DNA from: an uncultured Gammaproteobacteria bacterium
Lineage (GTDB): Bacteria > Patescibacteriota > Microgenomatia > Levybacterales > UBA12049
Assembly: GCA_964424775.1 (NCBI GenBank)
Contig: CAYRJZ010000003.1
Span: 124,127 to 188,126, forward strand
DNA length: 64,000 nucleotides
Reading direction: 5' to 3'
The notes beneath the pieces are model-generated. The model saw nothing but the letters and a program-made list of their open reading frames with translations, made no database searches and was not told where the DNA came from. The translations under genes were made by a program, and so were the position numbers. Shown piece by piece: positions 19,368 through 27,337 of this stretch (within the stretch, counting starts at the first letter, position 1; each line of letters starts with the position of its first letter).

Positions 19368-19646
19368 CTACAAGAATTCGTGGACCTGCTTCCGGACGCC
19401 ACGTGGCACGGTGTTGAACACCGGCACGAGACGGAACTGCCACTTCTCGGTCTTGCCGTCGTAACGGCGGACCGAGAGCGCGACGAACCGGTCGATCCTG
19501 GTGATGAGCAGCTCGTAGCTGCCCTGAGACGTGGAGATGTAGTCTTTCCCACCGAGATTGCGGTGGTTGGGCCTCATTCCCCACTTTTTCAGCTTCTCGA
19601 GAACGATCTCGAGAACGACCCGATTATTTTTCTCACGCGTTGACAT
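19368..19646 (-). CDS. cassette ORF E, hypothetical 92-aa protein
   Basis: RBS GGAGG before the ATG. Flanked by repeat copy 5 (3'). A type-1 leader palindrome lies upstream at 19686..19701. Confidence 0.5.
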   Translation of the reverse strand: MSTREKNNRVVLEIVLEKLKKWGMRPNHRNLGGKDYISTSQGSYELLITRIDRFVALSVRRYDGKTEKWQFRLVPVFNTVPRGVRKQVHEFL

Positions 19647-19685
19647 GACTGCCTCCGGTAAAGCTACAGCAGGGTCTCCCTGCCA

Positions 19686-19701
19686 GTTCCTGACGAGGAA
19701 C
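19686..19701. promoter_or_regulatory. type-1 leader palindrome GTTCCT-GACG-AGGAAC followed by GAAAAA (upstream of ORF E)
   Basis: Third copy of the TTCCT-N4-AGGAA[C/G]AAAAA element. Confidence 0.45.
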
Positions 19702-19794
19702 GAAAAATATCGATAAATCGAGACTTATCGCTAATCATCAAAAACTCCTGTGCCGGAGCCCAAGAAAGTTCGTGGAATTTGCCGTAGTCGACGG

Positions 19795-20169
19795 CTAGGC
19801 TCCACGAAGAGCCTGTTTGCTGAGACGGTGCGCCCTGCGGACGCGATAGATGACCTGGATTTCTCGAAAAATGCACCAGAAGCCGTAGCCCCAAGTGCAG
19901 AACCAGAAGATCCAAGCCGTATTGCTGCTCACGTTGTATGTGTAAGCAGCTTCCATGGCGATGAGCGCCGTAAACGCCGGGATTCCTGCGCCGACCCCGA
20001 AGAGTCGGGCATAATGCCCTTCTCCAAGGGCGTCGTCGACATCCTGATCGTGATCGCCAACGAACATCATCAGCCCACCCATGAGGCAGGCCAATATTCC
20101 AGCAACGATCGACCAGGCGACTATGATACAACTTGAAATGATAATAATACCCTCGACGATTTCGCCCAC
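19795..20169 (-). CDS. cassette ORF F, hypothetical small membrane protein (about 124 aa, 3-4 TM helices)
   Basis: Start reassigned to the in-frame GTG at 20169, preceded by GGAGAATTACC and the type-2 leader. The longer ORF-track start at 20298 would run through the leader. Hydrophobic segments IIIISSCIIVAWSIVAGILACLMGGLMMFV and AWIFWFCTWGYGFWCIF. Confidence 0.45.
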   Translation of the reverse strand: MGEIVEGIIIISSCIIVAWSIVAGILACLMGGLMMFVGDHDQDVDDALGEGHYARLFGVGAGIPAFTALIAMEAAYTYNVSSNTAWIFWFCTWGYGFWCIFREIQVIYRVRRAHRLSKQALRGA

Positions 20170-20240
20170 GGTAATTCTCCTCAGCAGATACAAACCCACG
20201 ACCTGTGGGTTAGCCTTTGACGAAGACCACGAAAAAAGCC
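20170..20240. promoter_or_regulatory. type-2 conserved leader (GGTCTTCGTCAAAGGC ... CCCACAGGTCGTGGG hairpin)
   Basis: Aligned to the other type-2 leaders. Confidence 0.45.
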
Positions 20241-20866
20241 TAGCCTCAAATGAAGCTAGACTCACCTTCGTGCTCTCCGTCATGAAAGCACACATCATTA
20301 TTCATTCCGTTGCCCCGCGAGGTCGTTAAGAACACTGATATTTGTTAACGTTCCATCTCTCCGTCTGGTAGGAATCTGAAGGCGACGCCTTTCGTCTGAT
20401 AGATCAGGGCAGAAAATCGACCTTCAGGTTCCTACCTGTTTCGTACTTTGCCGAAGCTTTCGCTTCAATTAGCCTCGAAACAATGTAGGCACTTGTCTTG
20501 GGTTCTTGAGCCATCTTCGTCGTCTTTTGGACGCAATGTCCGAAGATAACGTATCAAGCTTTCAGTACGTTGTAGCATTAGCCAACGATAAATTCAGTTC
20601 CGCAATTTGACCTTTGTATGACAGAGGATGCCGAACTGACTTTATCTGTGGCTATGTGAAGAAAATGAGGCTAAAACACAAAAAAACCAGCCCTGATACT
20701 AGATCTGAGGAATATCGGCTTACAGGCTCCGATATACTCGTGGCTGGTGAAGTAACTATTTAATTTGTTAAAGATGCAATCGAACTGACGATTACAACAC
20801 ACATCCTATCATACTATGGGACTTTTGTCAAGGGGGTACATAGCCTTGATCTGAGGCTAAAAATGA

Positions 20867-22267
20867 TCAGTCTGAGGCTAACTTTTTTATCTCCACTCCT
20901 GAGGCTGTATCCTGGATATCAAAACCCAGCTTTTTGATCTTATTTCGAATATGATCAGCCTGGACATATTGCTTATTCTTACGGGCTATTCTTCGCTCTT
21001 CTATAAGAGCCGTTACGTCCTCAGGTACATCCGCTGGCTTCCCAGCTGTAGCCTCATAAAACTCACGAAGCCCAAGTCCCAACACTTCATCCATCTTAAA
21101 GAGCGTGTGGAGCTTCTGTTCCTCAGGTATTTCAGCTTTGATCATCTCCCACATGACAGCAACTGCTTGAGGGGTATTGAGGTCATCATTGAGTGCCTCG
21201 AAAAATTTCTCTTCAAATTCATGAGCCCCTTCCTCCCCTTCTTTCCATTTCACGATAATATTGTGAAGTCGCTCAAGCGCATTTTTGCCAGCCTCAAGAG
21301 CGGCAAAAGTAAAATTCATTTCCTGTCGATAATGTGCGTTGAGATAGAGATATCGAAGATGCTCTGGGCTAAATCCCTCTTTTTCCAGATCATAAAGACG
21401 ATAATTATTCCCCTTACTTTTACTCATTCGCTCACCTGCAACGAGCATAAAAGCAGAATGTACCCAGTACTTAGCGAATTGCTGATGAGTCACTGCCTCA
21501 GATTGTGCAATTTCATTCGGATGATGTGTTTCTTTCAGGTCAATCCCTCCAGCATGAATATCAAAACTCTCACCCAAATACTTCATGCTCATCGCCGAAC
21601 ACTCAATATGCCAGCCGGGAAATCCTTTGCCCCATGGACTTTCCCACTCCATCTGTCTCTTTTCATCCTTTGGTGAGAACTTCCACAGTGCAAAATCACG
21701 AGGATTTCTTTTTTGAGGATTTACTTCGACTCGTGCTCCTTCTTTTATCTCATCAAGAGATGAGAGTTGGCCATATTCTGGAAAGAGTGACGTGTCAAAA
21801 TAAATCCCATCATCAGTTGTGTAAGTATAACCATTGTCCTCAAGTCTTTTTACGAGATCTATCTGCTCCTCGATATGATCCGTTGCTTTGGCAAAAAGCT
21901 CTGGCTGGGTAAGTCCCAATTTTTTGTAATCGTCAAGAAATGCATCGGCATAAAATGCAGCAACTTCCCAGGCTGTTTTTCCTTCTTTCGCTGCAGATTT
22001 TTCCATACGATCCTCGCCCGTATCAGCATCACCCAAATTATCTCCTGTTAAATGCCCAACGTCTGTTAGGTTCATGATGTATTTAACATCATATCCTTGT
22101 GCTTTCAGTGTCCGGATAAGGATATCTGCAGTGGTATACGTTCGGAAATTTCCGATATGTGCAAAACTATACACTGTTGGACCACAGGTATACATTCCCA
22201 CTTTTCCAGGTGTAAGAGACTTAAATTCTTCAACTTCTCGTGACAATGAATTAAAGAGACGTAACAT
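20867..22267 (-). CDS. cysS: cysteinyl-tRNA synthetase
   Basis: Class I motifs HIGN and KMSKS (RMSKSKGN). Length and order match CysS. Confidence 0.92.
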   Translation of the reverse strand: MLRLFNSLSREVEEFKSLTPGKVGMYTCGPTVYSFAHIGNFRTYTTADILIRTLKAQGYDVKYIMNLTDVGHLTGDNLGDADTGEDRMEKSAAKEGKTAWEVAAFYADAFLDDYKKLGLTQPELFAKATDHIEEQIDLVKRLEDNGYTYTTDDGIYFDTSLFPEYGQLSSLDEIKEGARVEVNPQKRNPRDFALWKFSPKDEKRQMEWESPWGKGFPGWHIECSAMSMKYLGESFDIHAGGIDLKETHHPNEIAQSEAVTHQQFAKYWVHSAFMLVAGERMSKSKGNNYRLYDLEKEGFSPEHLRYLYLNAHYRQEMNFTFAALEAGKNALERLHNIIVKWKEGEEGAHEFEEKFFEALNDDLNTPQAVAVMWEMIKAEIPEEQKLHTLFKMDEVLGLGLREFYEATAGKPADVPEDVTALIEERRIARKNKQYVQADHIRNKIKKLGFDIQDTASGVEIKKLASD

Positions 22268-22347
22268 ACTCTGTATTCTACCACACTTGAGGCAAAAATC
22301 GGGCTTGACACTACTCTTTCACATGAGTCTTAATAAAAGTACTGCCC

Positions 22348-23379
22348 ATGAATATTCGAACAGTAACACATGAAGAGTTTACCCTTGTAGACGTTCACAA
22401 TCCTCAAGAATTTGAATTAAAATTCCTGCGACATAATTATGGATTTGATGAAGTACATCTTGAGGATTTTATCAACCGCCAACAGACTCCAAAAGTAGAG
22501 ATAGAAAAAGAATACGCACTTATTGTATTGGACTTTCCTTCAATTGAAGGCCAGAAAGAAGATAAAGAAAAAAAGAATGAAGCATCACACCATGAAAAAA
22601 AGCCAACAGTTCTCCCATCATCTCCAGTGACGCTTCCACATTTTTCTTTTGGAAATTCTAAGAAAAAAAGGATCAGAACAGGGCATATTAGTTTTTTTAT
22701 AAGTGATCGCTTTCTTGTAGTACTTCATGATGACTCACTCACCCCACTCGTTGATGACATATTTACGGAGTGTCAAAAAACACTTAAAAATCGAGAAGAA
22801 TTTATGGGACTTGGAGGAGCGTACCTTTTTTATAGAATTGTTGATGTCCTTGTCGATGCATCAAATGCATTTCTCAACGATATTACAGCAACGATTGATA
22901 AAATCGATCGCCATCTTCTTGATGATAATCCAGCTGAGAAAGTTGTCGAAGATATTTCAGCAACGAGGCGAAACATTGTTGTCTTTCAGACAATGACCAA
23001 GCCAGCACTTCAAATATTCTCAGATCTTGAAAATGGGAAGTATGAAGGACTGAACGGCCCATTAACTTCTTCCTGGAGTAACATTCGTGACCATCTGCAG
23101 CGTATCTGGTATCGCCTCGAAGACAGTCGCGAACTCATTGAAGGAATTGCGATCAGCCATGAATCACTCCTTACAGCCAAAACAAACGAGATAGTGAAAG
23201 TTCTGACAATGTTCACAGCCATATTGCTTCCGCTCACTCTCGTTGCAAGTATTTATGGCATGAATGTCGTTGGTCTTCCGCATGCTGAGGAGCCGCATGT
23301 TCTTACGACAATTACACTCATTATGGTGGCTATGGCTGTTGTCATGGTAGTACTATTCAAACTCAAAAAATGGCTCTAG
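22348..23379 (+). CDS. corA: CorA-family Mg2+/Co2+ transporter
   Basis: C-terminal two TM helices with the YGMNV (GMN) signature. Confidence 0.85.
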   Translation: MNIRTVTHEEFTLVDVHNPQEFELKFLRHNYGFDEVHLEDFINRQQTPKVEIEKEYALIVLDFPSIEGQKEDKEKKNEASHHEKKPTVLPSSPVTLPHFSFGNSKKKRIRTGHISFFISDRFLVVLHDDSLTPLVDDIFTECQKTLKNREEFMGLGGAYLFYRIVDVLVDASNAFLNDITATIDKIDRHLLDDNPAEKVVEDISATRRNIVVFQTMTKPALQIFSDLENGKYEGLNGPLTSSWSNIRDHLQRIWYRLEDSRELIEGIAISHESLLTAKTNEIVKVLTMFTAILLPLTLVASIYGMNVVGLPHAEEPHVLTTITLIMVAMAVVMVVLFKLKKWL

Positions 23380-23909
23380 CCTGAGGCGCCTCTATTCATC
23401 TCTGCAGTTCTCTTTGCACGCGACAGTGCGATTGGCTCATCTTTCTTTTTCTGTTCTTCGAGTTTGATCATCTTTTTCTGTTCTTCTTCTTGCTCTTCTT
23501 TTTCCAACTTTTCCTGTTTGGAAGGTTCTGGCTTCGGAGTAGTTAATTTCTTAAAATACTCTGCGTGAAGTTTTCTTCTTGCAGCCTCTAATTTCTGATC
23601 TGCTTCTGCTTCTTTTTGCTTTTCTAATTGATCAATTTGAAGAGGATTGAGATGTGGATCTTGGCTCGAGTGCTGAGTATGCTGTTGCTGCTGTGTGTTT
23701 GTTTCATTTATTGGATCAGGGGTAACAGACGTATCTGCTTGGGGTGTTCCCGCATCTGTTGGAGCAGATTGTTGTGTCTTCTGGCCAATAATTTGTGAAG
23801 CAACAGCCTGTGCTGTTACTTTCACTTGATTACCAACTGCTTTCTTCGTTGTACTTACTCCTTGCTCAAATGCATCTTCAAATGAATCACCAAAAGGATT
23901 TTGTGGCAT
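23376..23909 (-). CDS. hypothetical low-complexity charged (K/E/Q-rich) protein
   Basis: 177-aa ORF with compositional bias. 4-bp overlap with corA (convergent). Confidence 0.35.
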   Translation of the reverse strand: MPQNPFGDSFEDAFEQGVSTTKKAVGNQVKVTAQAVASQIIGQKTQQSAPTDAGTPQADTSVTPDPINETNTQQQQHTQHSSQDPHLNPLQIDQLEKQKEAEADQKLEAARRKLHAEYFKKLTTPKPEPSKQEKLEKEEQEEEQKKMIKLEEQKKKDEPIALSRAKRTAEMNRGASG

Positions 23910-23918
23910 ATCCCTATA

Positions 23919-24227
23919 CTACCTTATAATTCCTAATTCTTCCAATTGCTCATCAGAAATTTTATCCGGGTCCCAGGGTGGATCCCAAACCAAGTTTATC
24001 TTTACTTCTTTTACCCCATCAACTTTTTTAACAGCCTCTGGTATAACGTCTTGGAAAATATAAGAAAGAGGACACCCAGGAGTCGTGAGTGTCATGGTAA
24101 TTTTTATTTCTCCCGATTCTTGATTTATCTCAATATCATAAATGAGACCGAGATCAACTATATTAATATGTAATTCAGGATCTATTATCGTTTTTAATGC
24201 TTCAGTAATGTGATTTTTATCAATCAT
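23919..24227 (-). CDS. DUF59/MIP18-family Fe-S cluster assembly protein (SufT-like)
   Basis: IIDPELHINIVDLGLIY and the conserved GCP motif typical of DUF59. Confidence 0.7.
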   Translation of the reverse strand: MIDKNHITEALKTIIDPELHINIVDLGLIYDIEINQESGEIKITMTLTTPGCPLSYIFQDVIPEAVKKVDGVKEVKINLVWDPPWDPDKISDEQLEELGIIR

Positions 24228-24260
24228 TTTTAATCAAAATAATTGTATCATTATTAATAG

Positions 24261-25034
24261 ATGAGTTATTCCTCAGAAACACTCAGAATTGCTGGTATTA
24301 GCGACACTCACTTTTCTGCCTCTGATACTCACCCGAGAATTTCAAAAGAAGAATATATTGAACATGTTAAGGACATGTCAAGAAGTGCTGATCTCATTGT
24401 CCATTGTGGTGATTTTACTGACGAAGGAGATACAGAAAGCGCTCTTTTAGTTGCTGACATCTTCAGACACAGCTCAATACCAGTTGTGGGAGTGATGGGA
24501 AATCATGATTATCGAAATGGAAATGGTGAATATGTTAAAAAAACACTCACAGAGGATGGAGGCGTCCTTTTACTTAGTGGAGATCTCTTTACATATAGAA
24601 AAAAAACCACACCTGTTGGAATAATAGGAGCAACAGGATTTACTTCAGCAAGAAAAGCATTACATATGGCATCCATGCAGCTAACTGAGGAAGAATATCA
24701 TGACTTTGCTCAAGGCGAACTTGATGCTTTTAAAAGTAATATCTCTTATTTGCCAAGTGATAGTAATGTGGGAATTTTCCATTTTGAACCGTACCGAAGA
24801 AAAAGAAACAGTCGAGGTGTTGCAAATGGAAAATTACGAAGTTCAAATTATGGAAGTATTATTACCAATTATAAAGATCAATTCAGCATTATTTTTCATG
24901 GACACGACCATCGAGGAGAAAGTGAACCGATAAATACAAAAAATGGATTTGATCAGGTAAATGTGGCTGCACCTGTTACTATTGCGATGACTCGAGGAAT
25001 CCCGTACCGCATTGCTGAAATTCCAATAGTTTAG
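24261..25034 (+). CDS. metallophosphoesterase (calcineurin-like), paralog of 14837..15568
   Basis: Motifs ISDTHF, CGDFTDEGD, GNHDY, GHDH. Confidence 0.7.
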   Translation: MSYSSETLRIAGISDTHFSASDTHPRISKEEYIEHVKDMSRSADLIVHCGDFTDEGDTESALLVADIFRHSSIPVVGVMGNHDYRNGNGEYVKKTLTEDGGVLLLSGDLFTYRKKTTPVGIIGATGFTSARKALHMASMQLTEEEYHDFAQGELDAFKSNISYLPSDSNVGIFHFEPYRRKRNSRGVANGKLRSSNYGSIITNYKDQFSIIFHGHDHRGESEPINTKNGFDQVNVAAPVTIAMTRGIPYRIAEIPIV

Positions 25035-25645
25035 TAGGAACTTCTTCCTTCTAAAGCTCTTTGAAGAGTGACACTATCCGCATATTCAAGATCAGCTCCA
25101 ATTGGAAGCCCTCTTCCAATTCGTGTCACAGTAATTGATGGATGATGAGACTTAAGTTGGCGGGAAATATACATTGCAGTTGCCTCCCCTTCCATTGTAG
25201 GATTGGTCGCTAAAATTACTTCTTTAATACTATGACCATTCTGACTTTCTGCAATTCTTTTAAATAACTGATGCACATAAATTTCATCTGGTCCGATACT
25301 ATTTAATGGATCTATTTTCCCATGAAGTACATGATAAACTCCCATAAATCTGCCACTCTTCTCTAGTGCTAATACATCAAGTGGCTGCTCGACAACACAA
25401 ATAAGTGATTGATCTCGTTGAGAATCACTACAATAAATGCATGGGTCATTCTCAGCGACACTATAACAGACTGAGCAAAGAAGTGTCTTATTCTTCAGAC
25501 TTGAGAGACTTTCTGCAAATCTATCCAGTTCGTGTTGAGGAACATGCAGAAGATAAAAAGTTAAACGCTGAGCAGTCTTTGGGCCAACTCCAGGAAGTTT
25601 TTCAAATGATTCAATAACATTTTGGATAGCTTTTGGAATCTTCAT
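25031..25645 (-). CDS. recR: recombination protein RecR
   Basis: Start moved to MKIPKAIQ. HhH (LPGVGPKTAQR), C4 zinc finger (CSVCYSV...CIYC) and Toprim region. Confidence 0.9.
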   Translation of the reverse strand: MKIPKAIQNVIESFEKLPGVGPKTAQRLTFYLLHVPQHELDRFAESLSSLKNKTLLCSVCYSVAENDPCIYCSDSQRDQSLICVVEQPLDVLALEKSGRFMGVYHVLHGKIDPLNSIGPDEIYVHQLFKRIAESQNGHSIKEVILATNPTMEGEATAMYISRQLKSHHPSITVTRIGRGLPIGADLEYADSVTLQRALEGRSSY

Positions 25646-25694
25646 TGAGGTTACAGCGTAGCACAAATGAGGCTCACTCTCAAGCTAATGGGTA

Positions 25695-26588
25695 CTACAA
25701 TTGTTCAGCAATACTTTTTGAAAAACTTAGAATATGGAGTTTTGAGAATTTCTTTTCTTCTGGCACATCCACACTATCAGTTACATATACTCGATCAACT
25801 GATGAATCTTGAAGTAGTTTTGGAGCATCTTGAGAAAAAACAGGATGTGTCACAAAGACATATACTTCCTCTGCACCTTTTTCTCGAAGCATGTTATTCG
25901 CCTGAACAATTGTCTTTCCACTCGATGCCATATCATCTACGATAAGTGCTCGTCTCATTACTTCTCCTTGAAGTCCACTTGAAGCAATATTTCCTGTAGC
26001 AAGATCACGATCTTTCACAATAGTTACAAAAGGCATATCAGTCAGCATTTCTGACATTAATTTGATTCGTCGTATGCCACCCATATCTGGAGAGACCAGA
26101 ACACTGTCTAATTTATCCCAACCTTGTTTTTTTATCTCTTCTGCAAAAAGCGGAAGTGCTGACAGATGCGTCAATGGAATCTTAAAAAACTCTGGAATCT
26201 TTATTGAATGAAGATCACACGCAATAACTCTCTCTATCCCTAATGATTCAAGCGTTTTGATAACTACCTGAAGTGAGACTGCCTCCCCTGTCCGAAAAAC
26301 ATGATCTTGTCTTTGATATCCCATATAGGGCATAACAACTGTAATTTGCCGAGCTCCATTTCTTTTAAGCGCATCAGCAATAAAGAAAAGCTCCATATAA
26401 TTCTCAGCAGCTGGAGTTGCAGTTGACTGAACGATAACACAATCTTCATCTACAACATCTACTTGGACCTGTACCCTCTTCTCTCCATCAGGGAAAACAA
26501 ATATCTCAAGCGGTGAAAGAGGTATACCTAATTCTGTTGCAATTTTTTCAGCTAAAGAGACATTCGAGGAGCCACTGAAAAGTTTCAT
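25695..26588 (-). CDS. prs: ribose-phosphate pyrophosphokinase (PRPP synthetase)
   Basis: N-terminal MKLFSGSSNVSLAEKIATELG, DLHS motif and PRPP-binding loop DDMASSGKT. Confidence 0.92.
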   Translation of the reverse strand: MKLFSGSSNVSLAEKIATELGIPLSPLEIFVFPDGEKRVQVQVDVVDEDCVIVQSTATPAAENYMELFFIADALKRNGARQITVVMPYMGYQRQDHVFRTGEAVSLQVVIKTLESLGIERVIACDLHSIKIPEFFKIPLTHLSALPLFAEEIKKQGWDKLDSVLVSPDMGGIRRIKLMSEMLTDMPFVTIVKDRDLATGNIASSGLQGEVMRRALIVDDMASSGKTIVQANNMLREKGAEEVYVFVTHPVFSQDAPKLLQDSSVDRVYVTDSVDVPEEKKFSKLHILSFSKSIAEQL

Positions 26589-26626
26589 TATTATTTATTC
26601 TACATACTCAAGGAAAAGGTATCAAC

Positions 26627-26944
26627 TTACTCATTTTCCAAATCATCTATTGGTGGAGGCGTAATCTCGTGCTTGTTTGGAAGTTGAGAAAGAAAACGTC
26701 GTCTTGCTTCAGTACTTTGTGCACTCGTCATCGGAGCAAGACTTAAATGTTTACGAATACTTTTCACTTTTTCCAAACTAATTCCCAGTTGATTGGAAAT
26801 AAGTGCATCAGGAAGACCATTGGTGTGCATATCAGTTACTCTCTGATAATATTTTTCATCAGACTGAACACCCCAATACTTTTGCTGTCTGTGTTTCTTG
26901 GAACTCAACTGATCTATTGGATTTCCTTCACCTGTCTCACACAT
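26627..26944 (-). CDS. hypothetical small protein with possible HTH
   Basis: LPDALISNQLGISLEKVKSIRK resembles a sigma-70 region-4-type HTH. Weak. Confidence 0.35.
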   Translation of the reverse strand: MCETGEGNPIDQLSSKKHRQQKYWGVQSDEKYYQRVTDMHTNGLPDALISNQLGISLEKVKSIRKHLSLAPMTSAQSTEARRRFLSQLPNKHEITPPPIDDLENE

Positions 26945-27034
26945 AAAGATTCAAACTAAATTTAGTCTACAACAAAAAGAACGCTTTTCTCGTTCATTTA
27001 TAAATAGTCTTTTTTATCATAACAGTAACCAAAA

Positions 27035-27316
27035 TTACTTCATTCCTCCTAAAAGACCGCCAAGGCCTCCTGACATTTGTTGTAATTTTTTAGCTGCAAC
27101 TTCTTGAGATTTTTTAATAGCTTCATTCACTGCTTCGACAATATCCTTATCTGATTTGCCATTTGTTTTGATCTCTTTTATTTTTTGATCCCCACTGATA
27201 ACAACAAGCACACCCTTTTTCTCAATAGTTACTTCTTCTGCTTGAAGCTGACGCTGGATTTGCATCGCCTGATCTCGCATTTTCTTTAATTCTCCTAATT
27301 GTCCAAATGGATTCAT
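27035..27316 (-). CDS. ybaB: nucleoid-associated protein YbaB/EbfC
   Basis: 93 aa, QMQ...GGLGGLLGGM C-terminal signature. Sits in the canonical dnaX-ybaB-recR neighbourhood. Confidence 0.85.
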   Translation of the reverse strand: MNPFGQLGELKKMRDQAMQIQRQLQAEEVTIEKKGVLVVISGDQKIKEIKTNGKSDKDIVEAVNEAIKKSQEVAAKKLQQMSGGLGGLLGGMK

Positions 27317-27337
27317 AATCTTTCACCTCCTTCAATA

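Noticed and set aside
19795-20298. Long form of cassette ORF F starting at 20298
   Set aside because: It would read through the conserved type-2 leader. The in-frame GTG at 20169, with an SD-like GGAG upstream, is the more plausible start, though still uncertain.
20299-20866. tRNA or tmRNA in the 540-bp non-coding gap
   Set aside because: No cloverleaf-compatible segment, T-loop (GTTCRANYC) or tmRNA tag-peptide frame could be found by eye. Only hairpins and short direct repeats.
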